From Kiritimatiellia bacterium (GTDB lineage Bacteria > Verrucomicrobiota > Kiritimatiellia > RFP12 > UBA1067): DNA of 64,000 nt. The position numbers and the translations under genes were made by a program. Positions 40,582 to 50,724 of this stretch are shown here, in pieces. The notes beneath the pieces were generated by a model. It made no database searches, was not told the origin of the DNA, and was given only the letters and a program-made list of their open reading frames with translations. The stretch spans positions 160,001-224,000 of the forward strand of contig JBMNFY010000017.1 of NCBI GenBank assembly GCA_050949565.1. The letters are read 5' to 3'. How positions within the stretch are numbered: position 1 is the stretch's first letter; the number at the start of each line of letters is the position of its first letter.

Positions 40582-40633
40582 ATAAAGGGCTCAGTTTGGC
40601 GTCGCGGATCGTGGCGGCTCACCGCCGCCATCT

Positions 40634-41746
40634 CTACAGCCCGCCCATGATCAGGCTGGCGAAGGCGCTGATCGGCGTCGTGTCGCGGAAATTGTCGACG
40701 GTCTGGCGAACGTCCTTGATCAGCCCTTGGACATCGGTGTAAAGCTCATCCTCTTTCGAGAGCTTGCCGAGCGTGCCCTCGCCTTGGACCAGCCGGTCGG
40801 TCACCTCTTTCAGGTTGGCGACCGTCGCCTGCAAGTCGTTGTAAACCGCGTTGTCGTCTTTAAGTAGCTTGGCCAGCGAACCTTCGCCGCTCTCCAGACG
40901 CTCCGAGACCTTTTTCAGATTTTCTACAGCCACCTGAAGGTCGGCATAGATCGTATCGTCTGAGGAGAGCAACCGACCGAGCGTGCCTTCGCCTTTTTCA
41001 AGCCGATCGGAGATGGATTTCAAATTCGCGATCGAGGCGCTAAGATTGGTGTAAACGTTGCCGTCGTCGTTAAGCAGACGCCCCAGCGAATTTTCGCCGG
41101 TGTCGACCTTGACCGCCACGGAACGCAGGCTTGCGACCGCGTTTGACAGATCGTTGTAAAGCGTCATGTCGTCGGAAAACAGTTTTCCAAGCGTACCTTC
41201 ACCCCGCTCGACACGCTCGACCGCAACCTTGATCGAAACGACCGCCGCATCCAGATTGGTCAAAATGTTTTTAATGTGGTTCCCTTCGGTCGCATCACGC
41301 AGGTTGGCCACGATCTCGCCCAGGTCGCGCATCCAGTCGGTCGGAGTCTCGCCTCGCAGGTCGGTTCCGGGCGGCACCTCGTCGCCCGTGCCCTCTTCGA
41401 TCAGCAGATAGTTGCCGCCCAGCAACGAGCCGCTGTTCACCGTGATACGGTAGCCTTCCCTAAAGCGTACATCGCCCTGGATCATCATCGTGACCCGTAC
41501 GCCGCTGTTTTCCAGGTCTAGTTCACTCACCGATCCGATCGTCATACCGCGCAAGACCACCGAGTCGCGCACCTTCAGTCCACCGACATCATGAAACAGC
41601 ACGGTGACCGGCACCTTGCTCTTACCGCCCAGAACATCGATCCCCGAAATGATGATCGTGAAATAGACCAGCAAGCCCAGCACAGCGACCATGAACAGGC
41701 CGACGATTACTTCGGAAAAAACCTCTCTATTCTTCTTCAGACTCAT
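40634..41746 (-). CDS. mlaD: MCE/MlaD family protein with repetitive helical extension
   Basis: TM anchor, DVGGLK..V.LRGMTIGSV, LLGGNYL, five GE-G-[TS]-L-G-[KR]-L type repeats. Confidence 0.88.
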   Translation of the reverse strand: MSLKKNREVFSEVIVGLFMVAVLGLLVYFTIIISGIDVLGGKSKVPVTVLFHDVGGLKVRDSVVLRGMTIGSVSELDLENSGVRVTMMIQGDVRFREGYRITVNSGSLLGGNYLLIEEGTGDEVPPGTDLRGETPTDWMRDLGEIVANLRDATEGNHIKNILTNLDAAVVSIKVAVERVERGEGTLGKLFSDDMTLYNDLSNAVASLRSVAVKVDTGENSLGRLLNDDGNVYTNLSASIANLKSISDRLEKGEGTLGRLLSSDDTIYADLQVAVENLKKVSERLESGEGSLAKLLKDDNAVYNDLQATVANLKEVTDRLVQGEGTLGKLSKEDELYTDVQGLIKDVRQTVDNFRDTTPISAFASLIMGGL

Positions 41747-41795
41747 ACGTCTCCCCTCTTCCATTCACTAGCCGCGATATGCATTAACTCCGCGT

Positions 41796-42548
41796 TCAAA
41801 ATCCCTCTAATCCCTTTTTTGAAATGAACTGGGCGTCCAAAAACTTACGGACATCCGGTTGATCCGTGGCGACAAACGTTTTAGGCGGGCTGACCTCCAC
41901 GAATCGTCCGCCCGTCAACATCGCGATGCGATCGGCGATCAGCAACGCCCCTTGCAGGTCGTGCGTCACCACCACGCTGGTGATGCCCAATTCTTCGTTT
42001 AGGCGGCGAATCAACTGGTCGATCGTGCGCGCGGTGACGGGATCAAGGCCCGAGGTCGGTTCATCATAGAGCACGATCTCCGGCTCACGAATAATCGCGC
42101 GCGCCAGCCCGGCTCGCTTTTGCATACCGCCGGAAATCTCGCTGGGATACTTGTCGCCGTCTTGCTCCATGCCCACCGCGCTCAACACCTGCATCACGCG
42201 CTCTTCGATCTCATCCTCGGTCATACGCGTCCGTTCGCGTAGCGGCAAGGCGATGTTCTCCGCGACCGTCATCCAGCCCAGTAGCGCGCCGCCTTGGAAC
42301 AGGTAGCCGAAGCGTTCGCGCGCACGCGCCAGTTCGTCGCCGTTCACCGCGCTCATCTCGACATCGCCGACCCACACCGCGCCGCTCGTGGGCGTGAGCA
42401 ACCGCACCATGTGCTTGAGCGTCACGCTCTTACCGGTTCCGGATGGACCGACAATCGCGAAGATCTCGCCCTTATTGATGTCGCAGGAGAGATCATCTAG
42501 GACGTTACGTCCGCCCAATTGCTTGGTGACATGGTCAAAACGAATCAT
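41796..42548 (-). CDS. mlaF: ABC transporter ATPase, MlaF type
   Basis: GPSGTGKS, FQGGAL, ISGGMQKRAGLARA, YDEPTSGLDP, VTHD. Confidence 0.92.
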   Translation of the reverse strand: MIRFDHVTKQLGGRNVLDDLSCDINKGEIFAIVGPSGTGKSVTLKHMVRLLTPTSGAVWVGDVEMSAVNGDELARARERFGYLFQGGALLGWMTVAENIALPLRERTRMTEDEIEERVMQVLSAVGMEQDGDKYPSEISGGMQKRAGLARAIIREPEIVLYDEPTSGLDPVTARTIDQLIRRLNEELGITSVVVTHDLQGALLIADRIAMLTGGRFVEVSPPKTFVATDQPDVRKFLDAQFISKKGLEGF

Positions 42549-43363
42549 AGGTCATAAAACATACGCGTAATAATATACCCGACAACCAAAACCAACAGGA
42601 AGGAGGTGATAACCGAACGCCGCGTAGCCTGGCCCACCCCTACCGCGCCCTGCCGCGTGGTGAACCCCTCGTAACAGGAGACGCCCGTGATGATGATCCC
42701 GAAAACCATGGCTTTGAACAGCCCGACATAGAGATCGCGCATCCGCGCAAAGTCCATGGCCATCGTCATGTACTTATCCCACGCCACATTAAGCTGGGTC
42801 AGCCCGACGATCCCGCCGCCAATCACGCCCAGGACGCAGGTATAAAAAGAGAGCAATGGTGTCATGACAACCATCGCCGCCATACGCGGCGTCATCAGAA
42901 AACGCACTGGATCGATCGACATGATCTCCAGCGCCGCGATCTCGTCATTGACCGTCATGGTGCCGATCTGCGCGGCCATCGAAGAGCCGACACAAGCGGC
43001 AAGGATCAGCGCCGACATGAACGGCCCCATTTCGCGCAGCATCGAGACCATGACCGCCGGGCCGATATAAATCTCTTGATTGAACCGACGCAGTTCCAGC
43101 CCCACCTGCAACCCGAGGATCATACCGGTAAACATGCCCACTACCGAGATGATAGGCAGACTCTTGATACCCATCTGGTACATCTGGCGCACCCACTCGC
43201 GACGTTGGCGACGGGAAAAGAGCATGGCCGGTATGCCCGCCAGCGCCTGCATCGTGAGCACACCCAAGCGGCCGACGTCCGCCAGACCCATCAACACCAT
43301 GCGCCACAGGCCCTCCCACGCCGTCGCCGGTGCATCCGTATAGACCGGTTCACGTGTGATCAC
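42545..43363 (-). CDS. mlaE: ABC transporter permease, MlaE type
   Basis: LREMGP, GSSMAAQIGTM, EIAALEIM..DP, GAVGVGQAT; GTG start inferred. Confidence 0.92.
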   Translation of the reverse strand: MITREPVYTDAPATAWEGLWRMVLMGLADVGRLGVLTMQALAGIPAMLFSRRQRREWVRQMYQMGIKSLPIISVVGMFTGMILGLQVGLELRRFNQEIYIGPAVMVSMLREMGPFMSALILAACVGSSMAAQIGTMTVNDEIAALEIMSIDPVRFLMTPRMAAMVVMTPLLSFYTCVLGVIGGGIVGLTQLNVAWDKYMTMAMDFARMRDLYVGLFKAMVFGIIITGVSCYEGFTTRQGAVGVGQATRRSVITSFLLVLVVGYIITRMFYDL

Positions 43364-43464
43364 CGCTCGCCCCCTATGTGATTCTCTATTGTCATGAAAC
43401 CCTGCGCAGGCCCTTTTTGTGGAGTGAAATATAACAGAGATCGCGGGGGGGAGCAAGACGGGCT

Positions 43465-43630
43465 GGTTTCTGGTTCCAAGGTTTCAAGGTTCCATGGTTT
43501 CATGGTTTCATCCAAATCGGCATCGTATCGGGATCGAAATCGACCGTCGTACCCACGCAGTGGCTCGTAACGGCGAGTGTAAAGGCGGGGCGGTGATTCC
43601 GATCCCGATCCTGATGGCGATAGCGATGGC
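43465..43630. repeat. Short degenerate tandem repeats (GGTTYCA 8-9-mers; CGATNN 6-mers)
   Basis: GGTTCCAAGGTTTCAAGGTTCCATGGTTTCATGGTTTCA and GATTCCGATCCCGATCCTGATGGCGATAGCGAT. Confidence 0.65.
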
Positions 43631-43734
43631 ACCGCAACGGAACCCTGAAACGCATGATCCTCGCCCATCCCTGTCACTAACCGATTACCTGTGCTACAAT
43701 ACCGACCATCAGTCATCAGTAAAGGAGGTCCCAT

Positions 43735-44568
43735 ATGCCTGAGTTGCCTGAAGTCGAGACGGTTGTGCGCGATCTGCGCGCGCATGGTCTGCCGGGTTCC
43801 GTAATCCGGAGCGTCGCCGTGCGCTGGCCGCGCACCATCGCCGAGTTGCCGCCCGACGCTTTTTGCCGCGCGCTGGCCGGAAAAACTATCACCGATGTCT
43901 CGCGCCGCGCTAAATTCATCGTCGTGAATCTTGATTCCGGCGACCGCCTGTTGATCCACCTGCGCATGACCGGCAAACTGCGATTCGCGGCGCCCGGCGA
44001 ACGCCCGGGACCGCACGACCATGTGAGCCTCCATCTGACCGACGGACGGGAACTCATCTTCAATGACACGCGGAAATTCGGGCGCTTCCGGCTGACGCAA
44101 CCCGGCGACGATCCGTTCGCCGCGCTCGGTCCGGAACCGCTGGAAGCGGACTTCACGCCGACGCTATTCAAGCAGCGCCTGAAAGGCAAGACGCGCCAGA
44201 TCAAGCCGCTGCTACTCGATCAGACCACGGTGGCGGGGCTGGGCAATATCTACGTGGACGAAGCACTATGGCAGGCGCGCATCCATCCAGAACGCCGCGC
44301 CGACACCCTCACCGCCGCCGAAATCCGTCGCCTGCACGCGGCGATACGCACGGTCTTGCAACGCGCGATCGACAACGCCGGCACCACGCTCGGCAGCGGC
44401 GAGGCGAACTTCTACAGCGTCGCCGGACGTCGCGGTCGCAACGCCGACGCGCTCAAGGTCTTTCGCCGCGACGGCATGCCCTGTCCGCGCTGCGGCACCG
44501 TGATCGACCGCATTGTCGTTGCCCAGCGCGGCACACATTTCTGTCCGCGCTGTCAAAAGTGCCCCTAG
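43735..44568 (+). CDS. mutM: Formamidopyrimidine-DNA glycosylase (Fpg)
   Basis: MPELPEVET, HLRMTG, DTRKFG, GLGNIYVDE, C-terminal CPRC/CPRC zinc finger; AAGGAGG RBS. Confidence 0.97.
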   Translation: MPELPEVETVVRDLRAHGLPGSVIRSVAVRWPRTIAELPPDAFCRALAGKTITDVSRRAKFIVVNLDSGDRLLIHLRMTGKLRFAAPGERPGPHDHVSLHLTDGRELIFNDTRKFGRFRLTQPGDDPFAALGPEPLEADFTPTLFKQRLKGKTRQIKPLLLDQTTVAGLGNIYVDEALWQARIHPERRADTLTAAEIRRLHAAIRTVLQRAIDNAGTTLGSGEANFYSVAGRRGRNADALKVFRRDGMPCPRCGTVIDRIVVAQRGTHFCPRCQKCP

Positions 44569-46214
44569 TGGATCACAAAAGGCACGCACTGCGTGACAGC
44601 CAGCGGTTTTCGCTTGGCATCGTCTTGCTTGATGCAACCCAACACGAGCACCCCGGTGGCACCGGGCTTCAACACGGCGGGATCGCATTTCAAAAGAACG
44701 GCGGCACGCTCCTGCTTGTTGGTGCGCTGCACGCCCTCCACGGTAAAACCGCGCGGCGGATAGATCACTACCGGCTCGTAAAGTCCACCCAGATGCGTGG
44801 CCAGGCTGGAACTGAACAGCGTCAAGCGGAGCGCTTCCGCAGACGGCACGACCAGCGGCTTTTTCGGTGCTATGTTGATCCGCAACGGATTCAGTCCGGC
44901 ATTTGACCGCGCCATCGGTTCGGCAAAGACCTGTTCATGCTCGGCATCCGTAACGCGGTACCGGCGGACCGGCAACACCGCCCTTTTCACCGTTTGTCCG
45001 CCCACCTCGGCCGTGGCCGTCAGCGCCAGCCCAAAGACAACACGCGGAAAGCGCACCCCATCGGTAGAGACCGTGAGCACACCCTCGGTCGCATCGGCAG
45101 GAATCACACCGCCTTCACTCGCGATGCTGAGCGGCGGAAAATCGAGCGCGACACGGACCTCGCCCGCAAACCCATTGATTCTCTGCACATGCAGTTTTAC
45201 CAGCGTGCTACCGTCCGCCGGGATATTCAGCGAAGCGGGTGTCATCGTCACCCTGAAATCAGGCGCGGCGGACTCGGCATCCAGCGCGAACCGAAGGCCC
45301 GGCACAACGCAGGCGCCCTCAGTGATCGTTTGCAGACAGAGCGCGCTATTCTTACCGCCGGTGAAGAGGCGGACTCTTTTGCGTGGCAGATTGACTCCCT
45401 CCAAACGGACATTCAGGCTCTCACCCTCAGCCGCGCGCACCGGCGTAAAGCTCGTAATCAGCGGCAACTCCCCTACCCGAATCCGGTAGACACAGTCGTC
45501 GCCCGACCGCGTCGGCACGGCGGAACTCACCGCCAGCGTATACGTGCCGTCTTGCGGCACCTCGAACACGGCAACCGGCGCACGGTCAGCCGCATACACG
45601 GAAACACCTTCGCAAGGCTTGCCTGCCGCATCGCAAAACGTCAGGGACGGCAAGAAGCCCGTCGGCGGCAATGTCTCCGGCTGCGTCACAGCAACGATCA
45701 CCATGCCTTGCCGCGCTTCAAACCGATACCGGTCCGCCGCTTCGTGTGCCACCCGGCCATTCACACAGACCGGAAAAGACGACAATGTGTACTCACCGGC
45801 TTCTGTCCGATTCGTGGTCGGCTCGCTCACCTCCGGCAGTTCCGCCTGAATCTCGAACCCGACCGGCTCACTCAACCGATAGGGCGCACTGGCGCACAGG
45901 GCGCGCACACCCAGCGCGGCGTCCTTGTCAACCACCACCCTAAAGCGCAAACGGTTCGGCACCACGGTTGAAACGGGACGCCCCTTCTTGTTCAGCGTCT
46001 CCGTTCTGACCGGGCCGAGAAAAGTCAGTTTGACTCCTTCACCACTGGCGACCGCTTGATTGACATTCGCCAACGAACTGCCGCCGATCTCGATCTCGCA
46101 TTCGCTCCCCCGCGCAACGCCCGCCGGATAGACATATTCAAGCGTCGGAGCCCCGAACGAGCACCAGACCATGCACCCGATCATCCCTCCGACCAGCCTC
46201 TGCCATCGCATCAT
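44565..46214 (-). CDS. Secreted PPC (pre-peptidase C-terminal)-like domain protein
   Basis: Signal peptide, PTLEYVYPAGVARG, VNGRV...DRYRF, DGTYTL, YRIRVGELP. Confidence 0.65.
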   Translation of the reverse strand: MMRWQRLVGGMIGCMVWCSFGAPTLEYVYPAGVARGSECEIEIGGSSLANVNQAVASGEGVKLTFLGPVRTETLNKKGRPVSTVVPNRLRFRVVVDKDAALGVRALCASAPYRLSEPVGFEIQAELPEVSEPTTNRTEAGEYTLSSFPVCVNGRVAHEAADRYRFEARQGMVIVAVTQPETLPPTGFLPSLTFCDAAGKPCEGVSVYAADRAPVAVFEVPQDGTYTLAVSSAVPTRSGDDCVYRIRVGELPLITSFTPVRAAEGESLNVRLEGVNLPRKRVRLFTGGKNSALCLQTITEGACVVPGLRFALDAESAAPDFRVTMTPASLNIPADGSTLVKLHVQRINGFAGEVRVALDFPPLSIASEGGVIPADATEGVLTVSTDGVRFPRVVFGLALTATAEVGGQTVKRAVLPVRRYRVTDAEHEQVFAEPMARSNAGLNPLRINIAPKKPLVVPSAEALRLTLFSSSLATHLGGLYEPVVIYPPRGFTVEGVQRTNKQERAAVLLKCDPAVLKPGATGVLVLGCIKQDDAKRKPLAVTQCVPFVIH

Positions 46215-46265
46215 GCGAAATCCCCCTATCACGGGCAAAACACGCAACCCAAGTTAACGCACGAA

Positions 46266-49136
46266 TTAACTGCCAATCTTACCACTCCACGTGAACTTGC
46301 CGGAAGCCTGCTCGCGCGTCTCCCCATTCGGCAGGATGACGGTCGCGGAGGTGTTCGCGGGTATTTCCGCCCGGAAGTGCCAAGTGCCGTTTTTGTTGAA
46401 CTCCCAAGAACTTTTGATCGCCCCGTACGGTGACTCGTAGGTTGCGTTTACGTTGCCGATACGCTTGTCCGGGATCGGTGCCAGAATGAAGTGCTTCCAA
46501 CCGGGGGACTTCGGATCGAGCCGGATTCCGGCCATAGTGCCGTACATCCAATCGAGCACAGCCCCGTAGGCGTAGTGGTTGAAGCTGTTCATGCCCGCCC
46601 GGCCGAAACCATCCGCCTTCGTGTAGGAGTTCCAGCGCTCCCAGATCGTGGTGGCACCCTGCTCGACCGAGTAGAGCCAGCTCGGATTCTTGCGCTGGAG
46701 CATGAGCGTGTACGCCGTTTCTGGCGATACGGCATCGTAGGTCAAGGTGTCCATGATGATGGAAGTGCCCAAGAAACCGGTCTGCAGGCAGCCCCCGTGA
46801 TCCGCGATGTTCTTCAGCAGCCCCGCGCGCGTCTTGTCGGCGGCCGCGCCTTCTACGAGTCCGAACTTGAGCGCGAACAGCGCCGGTGTCTGCATGTCGC
46901 GGAAGCACTGTTTGATCATGCCGTCCTTCTCAAAGAAGTCGCTCTTGAGATACGCGACGGTGTCTTTCACGATCGCGCGGTACTTCGTCGCAGCTTCGGT
47001 CTTGCCCAAAGCTTCGGACATCGCGGCCATCATCTGCGCGTCCCAAAGCAGATAGCAACCGCCCAGATAGTGCCAATAGTCCAACGCTTCCTTGCGCGGC
47101 GCTCTCTTGCCGTCCGCGCCCGTCTCGTAAGCGGGTATCTGGTTCGGGTTGGCGCCGCCGCCGGCGGATTCATAGTTTTCGTACGAAAGCCAATCCGCCC
47201 ACTGGTGGCCATTGGCGACCGGCGAGTTGAACCGGTTCTTCGCCGTCAACGCCATGTACTTCTCCATCGACTCGAAGTTGTCCGCGACAATGGAGAGGTC
47301 GCCGTAGCGCTGCCACATGGTGTACGGGATGATGATACCGGCATCGGCCCAACCGAGCTGCTCCGCCAGATCACCGTATTGCGCTGTCGGCGCGACACCA
47401 GTGAAGGAACCGTTATCGTGCTGCGAGTCGCGCATGTCGCGCATGAACTTGTACAGGAAGCCGTAGACATCCGCGCTGCGGCTGGCCGCCGCACAGAACA
47501 CCTGCGTGTCCGCCGTCCAGCCGAGACGTTCGTCGCGTTGCGGGCAATCCGTCGGCACGGAAAGATAGTTCGAATACTGTCCCCAGAGGACATTCAAAAC
47601 CAGCCTGTTTACGTCCGCCACGTCGGTCTCAATCGAACCGCACTCCGACCACTTCGGGATCGAGGTCACCGGCACGGAGGCAATCGCCTTGAACACGACA
47701 TCGCCACTTGCGGTCACGGAAATGTAGCGATAGCCGAAGAACGTGAACTCTGGACGATAGGACTCCTCGCCATTACCGGCGAACGTGTATTTGACCTCTG
47801 CGCCGTGCTCCTGCAATTTACGGAGATTGCGACGGTAGACGCTTCCCTCCGGACCGTCGTTACCGCGCTTCTTGAGCCCGTTTTCGTCATTGAGCATCTC
47901 TGCAGGTTTCACGCTGAGTTCCGTCCCTGCTGCCGCCGAGAAGGTGAACTCTGGCACCGCAGCGGCGTTCTGACCGAAGTCGACGACAAGTGTTTCGCCC
48001 GCAGCGAGTTTCACTGTAGCGTTCGGCTCGTAACGGCGGAGAACCTTCACCTTGCCGTAAGCATCCTCCCCTGCGCCTTCGACCCCGCTCCACACGTAAG
48101 TCTCTTTGGGTGCCAGCCGGAGATCCTCGCGCAAGCCAATCGGCGCGCCTTCCATCGGCACGATCACGCCCCTGAATTCGTTGATGGTCTTGACCGGCTT
48201 GAACGCCGTGTCCACACCGGTCATCATCCAAGGCGTCTTCACCCGCGCGTCGTACGTTTCGCCGTCAAAGATGCCGGCGGCCTTCACCGGCCCCGCCACC
48301 GCGCCAGACCAGCTTGCATCTGTGCCGAAACGCGCCTTGGAACCGTCCGCGTAGCGCATGATCAACTGCGCACGGAACGCGGACTCCTTGCCGCGATAGT
48401 GGACAATCTTGTCGCGCCACCAGCCGGCAGAGACCATCGCCGAAAAGACGTTCACGCCATCCGCGCCCTTATCAAGCATGTCGGTGATGTCATAGGTGAA
48501 CGAGTGGCGCGTCTTGAAGACGTGGGTGAAGCCCGGCTTGAGCACGTCGGGCAACGGCTTGCCATTCACATACGCCTGGAACGCGCCCTGTCCCGTGACG
48601 GTCCAGTAGGCCTCCTTCACGGTCTTGCCGTTCGCGATTTTCTTGAAGAAGCACGAGGTCCCAGGCGCAGCGAAATGCGTCTTAGGCACGTTGTTGGAAG
48701 TAATGATCTCGCAACCCGGCACAGCGATCCAGTCCGAGCCGTTCCAGTCGTCCGCACGGATCAATCCCGTGATGAACGTCGCCGGTTTCGCTGTGTACGT
48801 CCGCCCTTTTTCATCCGTCACCTTAACCGTCCAGCGGTATTTCGTGGCGCTGTCCAGTGCGGGGCCGGAATAAGTAGCTGCGTGGGAATCGCCGGTTTCG
48901 ATCGTACCGGAATTCCAGACCTCGTTGCCGTCAGCCGTGCGGAGCGTGATCGCATACGCCTTCTGGCTGGCGCCCGCACGGCTGCTCTTCATTTGCCAAG
49001 AGAACACCGGCTTCACAATGTTCGACGGTTCGTGAAGCCGACATGTCCGCAACCCTTCCACCTGCACAGCGGGGCTCCAGAACCATCCCGCCGCCAGCAA
49101 CGCCACAGGAACAATCAACAGGTTTATTTTTTTCAT
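46266..49136 (-). CDS. Alpha-L-rhamnosidase (GH78)
   Basis: VDFGQN, FTFFGYRY, PTDCPQRDERLGWTAD, GATTIWERWN, MNSFNHYAYG. Confidence 0.93.
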   Translation of the reverse strand: MKKINLLIVPVALLAAGWFWSPAVQVEGLRTCRLHEPSNIVKPVFSWQMKSSRAGASQKAYAITLRTADGNEVWNSGTIETGDSHAATYSGPALDSATKYRWTVKVTDEKGRTYTAKPATFITGLIRADDWNGSDWIAVPGCEIITSNNVPKTHFAAPGTSCFFKKIANGKTVKEAYWTVTGQGAFQAYVNGKPLPDVLKPGFTHVFKTRHSFTYDITDMLDKGADGVNVFSAMVSAGWWRDKIVHYRGKESAFRAQLIMRYADGSKARFGTDASWSGAVAGPVKAAGIFDGETYDARVKTPWMMTGVDTAFKPVKTINEFRGVIVPMEGAPIGLREDLRLAPKETYVWSGVEGAGEDAYGKVKVLRRYEPNATVKLAAGETLVVDFGQNAAAVPEFTFSAAAGTELSVKPAEMLNDENGLKKRGNDGPEGSVYRRNLRKLQEHGAEVKYTFAGNGEESYRPEFTFFGYRYISVTASGDVVFKAIASVPVTSIPKWSECGSIETDVADVNRLVLNVLWGQYSNYLSVPTDCPQRDERLGWTADTQVFCAAASRSADVYGFLYKFMRDMRDSQHDNGSFTGVAPTAQYGDLAEQLGWADAGIIIPYTMWQRYGDLSIVADNFESMEKYMALTAKNRFNSPVANGHQWADWLSYENYESAGGGANPNQIPAYETGADGKRAPRKEALDYWHYLGGCYLLWDAQMMAAMSEALGKTEAATKYRAIVKDTVAYLKSDFFEKDGMIKQCFRDMQTPALFALKFGLVEGAAADKTRAGLLKNIADHGGCLQTGFLGTSIIMDTLTYDAVSPETAYTLMLQRKNPSWLYSVEQGATTIWERWNSYTKADGFGRAGMNSFNHYAYGAVLDWMYGTMAGIRLDPKSPGWKHFILAPIPDKRIGNVNATYESPYGAIKSSWEFNKNGTWHFRAEIPANTSATVILPNGETREQASGKFTWSGKIGS

Positions 49137-49160
49137 TGTCCAATCCCTTTCTTTATCGAC

Positions 49161-50390
49161 TTACTTGACACGACCGGTGTAGGCATCGGCGCCGGATCTA
49201 TCGATCGCGTACTTGAAAAATTTCTCTTCCGCCGCTGCGCGCTCTTTGTCCCAAGGACGCGGCGAGCCGCAAAGCTGAACGGCCCACAGCTTCAGTTCCT
49301 TGCGATGCCAATTGACCATGCAGTTCGTGCCCCACGCGCCGCCATGCCCGAACCAAGAGTCCTCCTTGTCCTCCTCCGGCGCGGAGAGTCCGAGCGAATA
49401 GCCACCCATGCCCTGCGGACGCGTTGTCTTCGCGAGAATCTCCTTCACGGTCTCCTCCTTGAGGATCCGCACGCCGTTCTCGCCCACGCCGAGATTCATA
49501 AGCATCTTGTAGAACTTGAGCTGGTCGTTCGCGGTCGTCCAGAGTCCCGCGCCAGCCGACGCAAAGACGTTATCGCCGTTGTAGGGGCGCTGCTGCATAT
49601 CATTCTGCAGACGGTATTTCGCGGGGGCGTCCTTCACGCAGTCATACATCTCCACCTGCGTCTTAAGTTGCTTGTCGGTCGGCTTGATCGAGGTTGACGC
49701 CATGCCGAGCGGACCAAGAACGCGCTCCTTGAGGAAATCTTCCCAGCGCTGCTCGGTGATGACCTCAATGATCGCCGCGCCGATGTCGATACCGGTATTG
49801 GAATACTGCACCTTCGTGCCGGGCTCGAAGAGCAGCGGGCACGCCGCCGCAATCGCCGCAGTCTGACGCAACGGCGCACCGCCGGCCCAGCCGCCGCCTT
49901 TGATGTTGCCCTGTTTCGCGCAAATCTCGAACGGGAAGCCGCCGGTGTGGTTCATAACCATGCGCACGGTAAGCGCATTTTTCGCTTTGACCAACTTCTT
50001 AACGCCGTTGGTGTTGGATTCGAGAACCCAAAGCTCCTTAAATTCCGGCAGATATTTTGAAACGGGATCATCCAGCGAGAGCTTACCCTCCTCGACGAGG
50101 ATCGCGATCGTCACGCCGCAGAAGCCCTTCGTCTGCGAACACTGCATAAAAACGTCGTCCATCGTGATCAGCCGTTTCGCCGCGACATCCGCGTAGCCGA
50201 TACAGGTGGTTTCCTGCACGCCGTCCTTGTAAAAGACATTGATCGCGCCCGGGAGTTGTCCATTCTCAACAAAGGGAGCAAGCGCATCCCTCGCAAAAGT
50301 CGTCCCCGAATCTTTCGGCCCGTCACAGACCGTACAGCACCCCGAAATGATCGCCGCCCCGGCGATGAAAACCATCATCAATTTCTTCAT
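49161..50390 (-). CDS. Serine hydrolase (beta-lactamase/class C-like) lipoprotein
   Basis: Lipobox IISGC, SQTK (SxxK), YSN, GHGG. Confidence 0.88.
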   Translation of the reverse strand: MKKLMMVFIAGAAIISGCCTVCDGPKDSGTTFARDALAPFVENGQLPGAINVFYKDGVQETTCIGYADVAAKRLITMDDVFMQCSQTKGFCGVTIAILVEEGKLSLDDPVSKYLPEFKELWVLESNTNGVKKLVKAKNALTVRMVMNHTGGFPFEICAKQGNIKGGGWAGGAPLRQTAAIAAACPLLFEPGTKVQYSNTGIDIGAAIIEVITEQRWEDFLKERVLGPLGMASTSIKPTDKQLKTQVEMYDCVKDAPAKYRLQNDMQQRPYNGDNVFASAGAGLWTTANDQLKFYKMLMNLGVGENGVRILKEETVKEILAKTTRPQGMGGYSLGLSAPEEDKEDSWFGHGGAWGTNCMVNWHRKELKLWAVQLCGSPRPWDKERAAAEEKFFKYAIDRSGADAYTGRVK

Positions 50391-50588
50391 ATTCAGCTAA
50401 CGCCTCCTTCTTCCACGAATGTGGATTGGGTTATGGTATGCTTTTTGGGAGAGAAATCAAGCGTAACCCTTCCTCCAGGAGCCCAATGACCAACGCCGCA
50501 GTAATCCATCGTTTTGTCTTGATAGTCTTCATTCTGCGTTTCTAGCGCGTAACAATTATAAACTTCCTGCCTCGAAACTCAAGACTAG

Positions 50589-50611
50589 GCGCGAATGAAC
50601 TTCATTCGCGC
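50589..50611. promoter_or_regulatory. Perfect palindrome, candidate operator
   Basis: GCGCGAATGAA-C-TTCATTCGCGC between divergent genes. Confidence 0.5.
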
Positions 50612-50724
50612 TTTACTCAAATCCCCCGCTCGGATATACTGCCCTTTGTACTCTGTTCCGTGTGTGGTTCAGGTTGCGAAGTGTACATGTGGTGTCCCGC
50701 TTTCAACGCAAAGGAGTCTCAATT

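Noticed and set aside
46491-49697. 1068-aa plus-strand ORF
   Set aside because: Antisense shadow of the GH78 and serine hydrolase genes. It has no motifs, and such ORFs are expected from high-GC codon bias.
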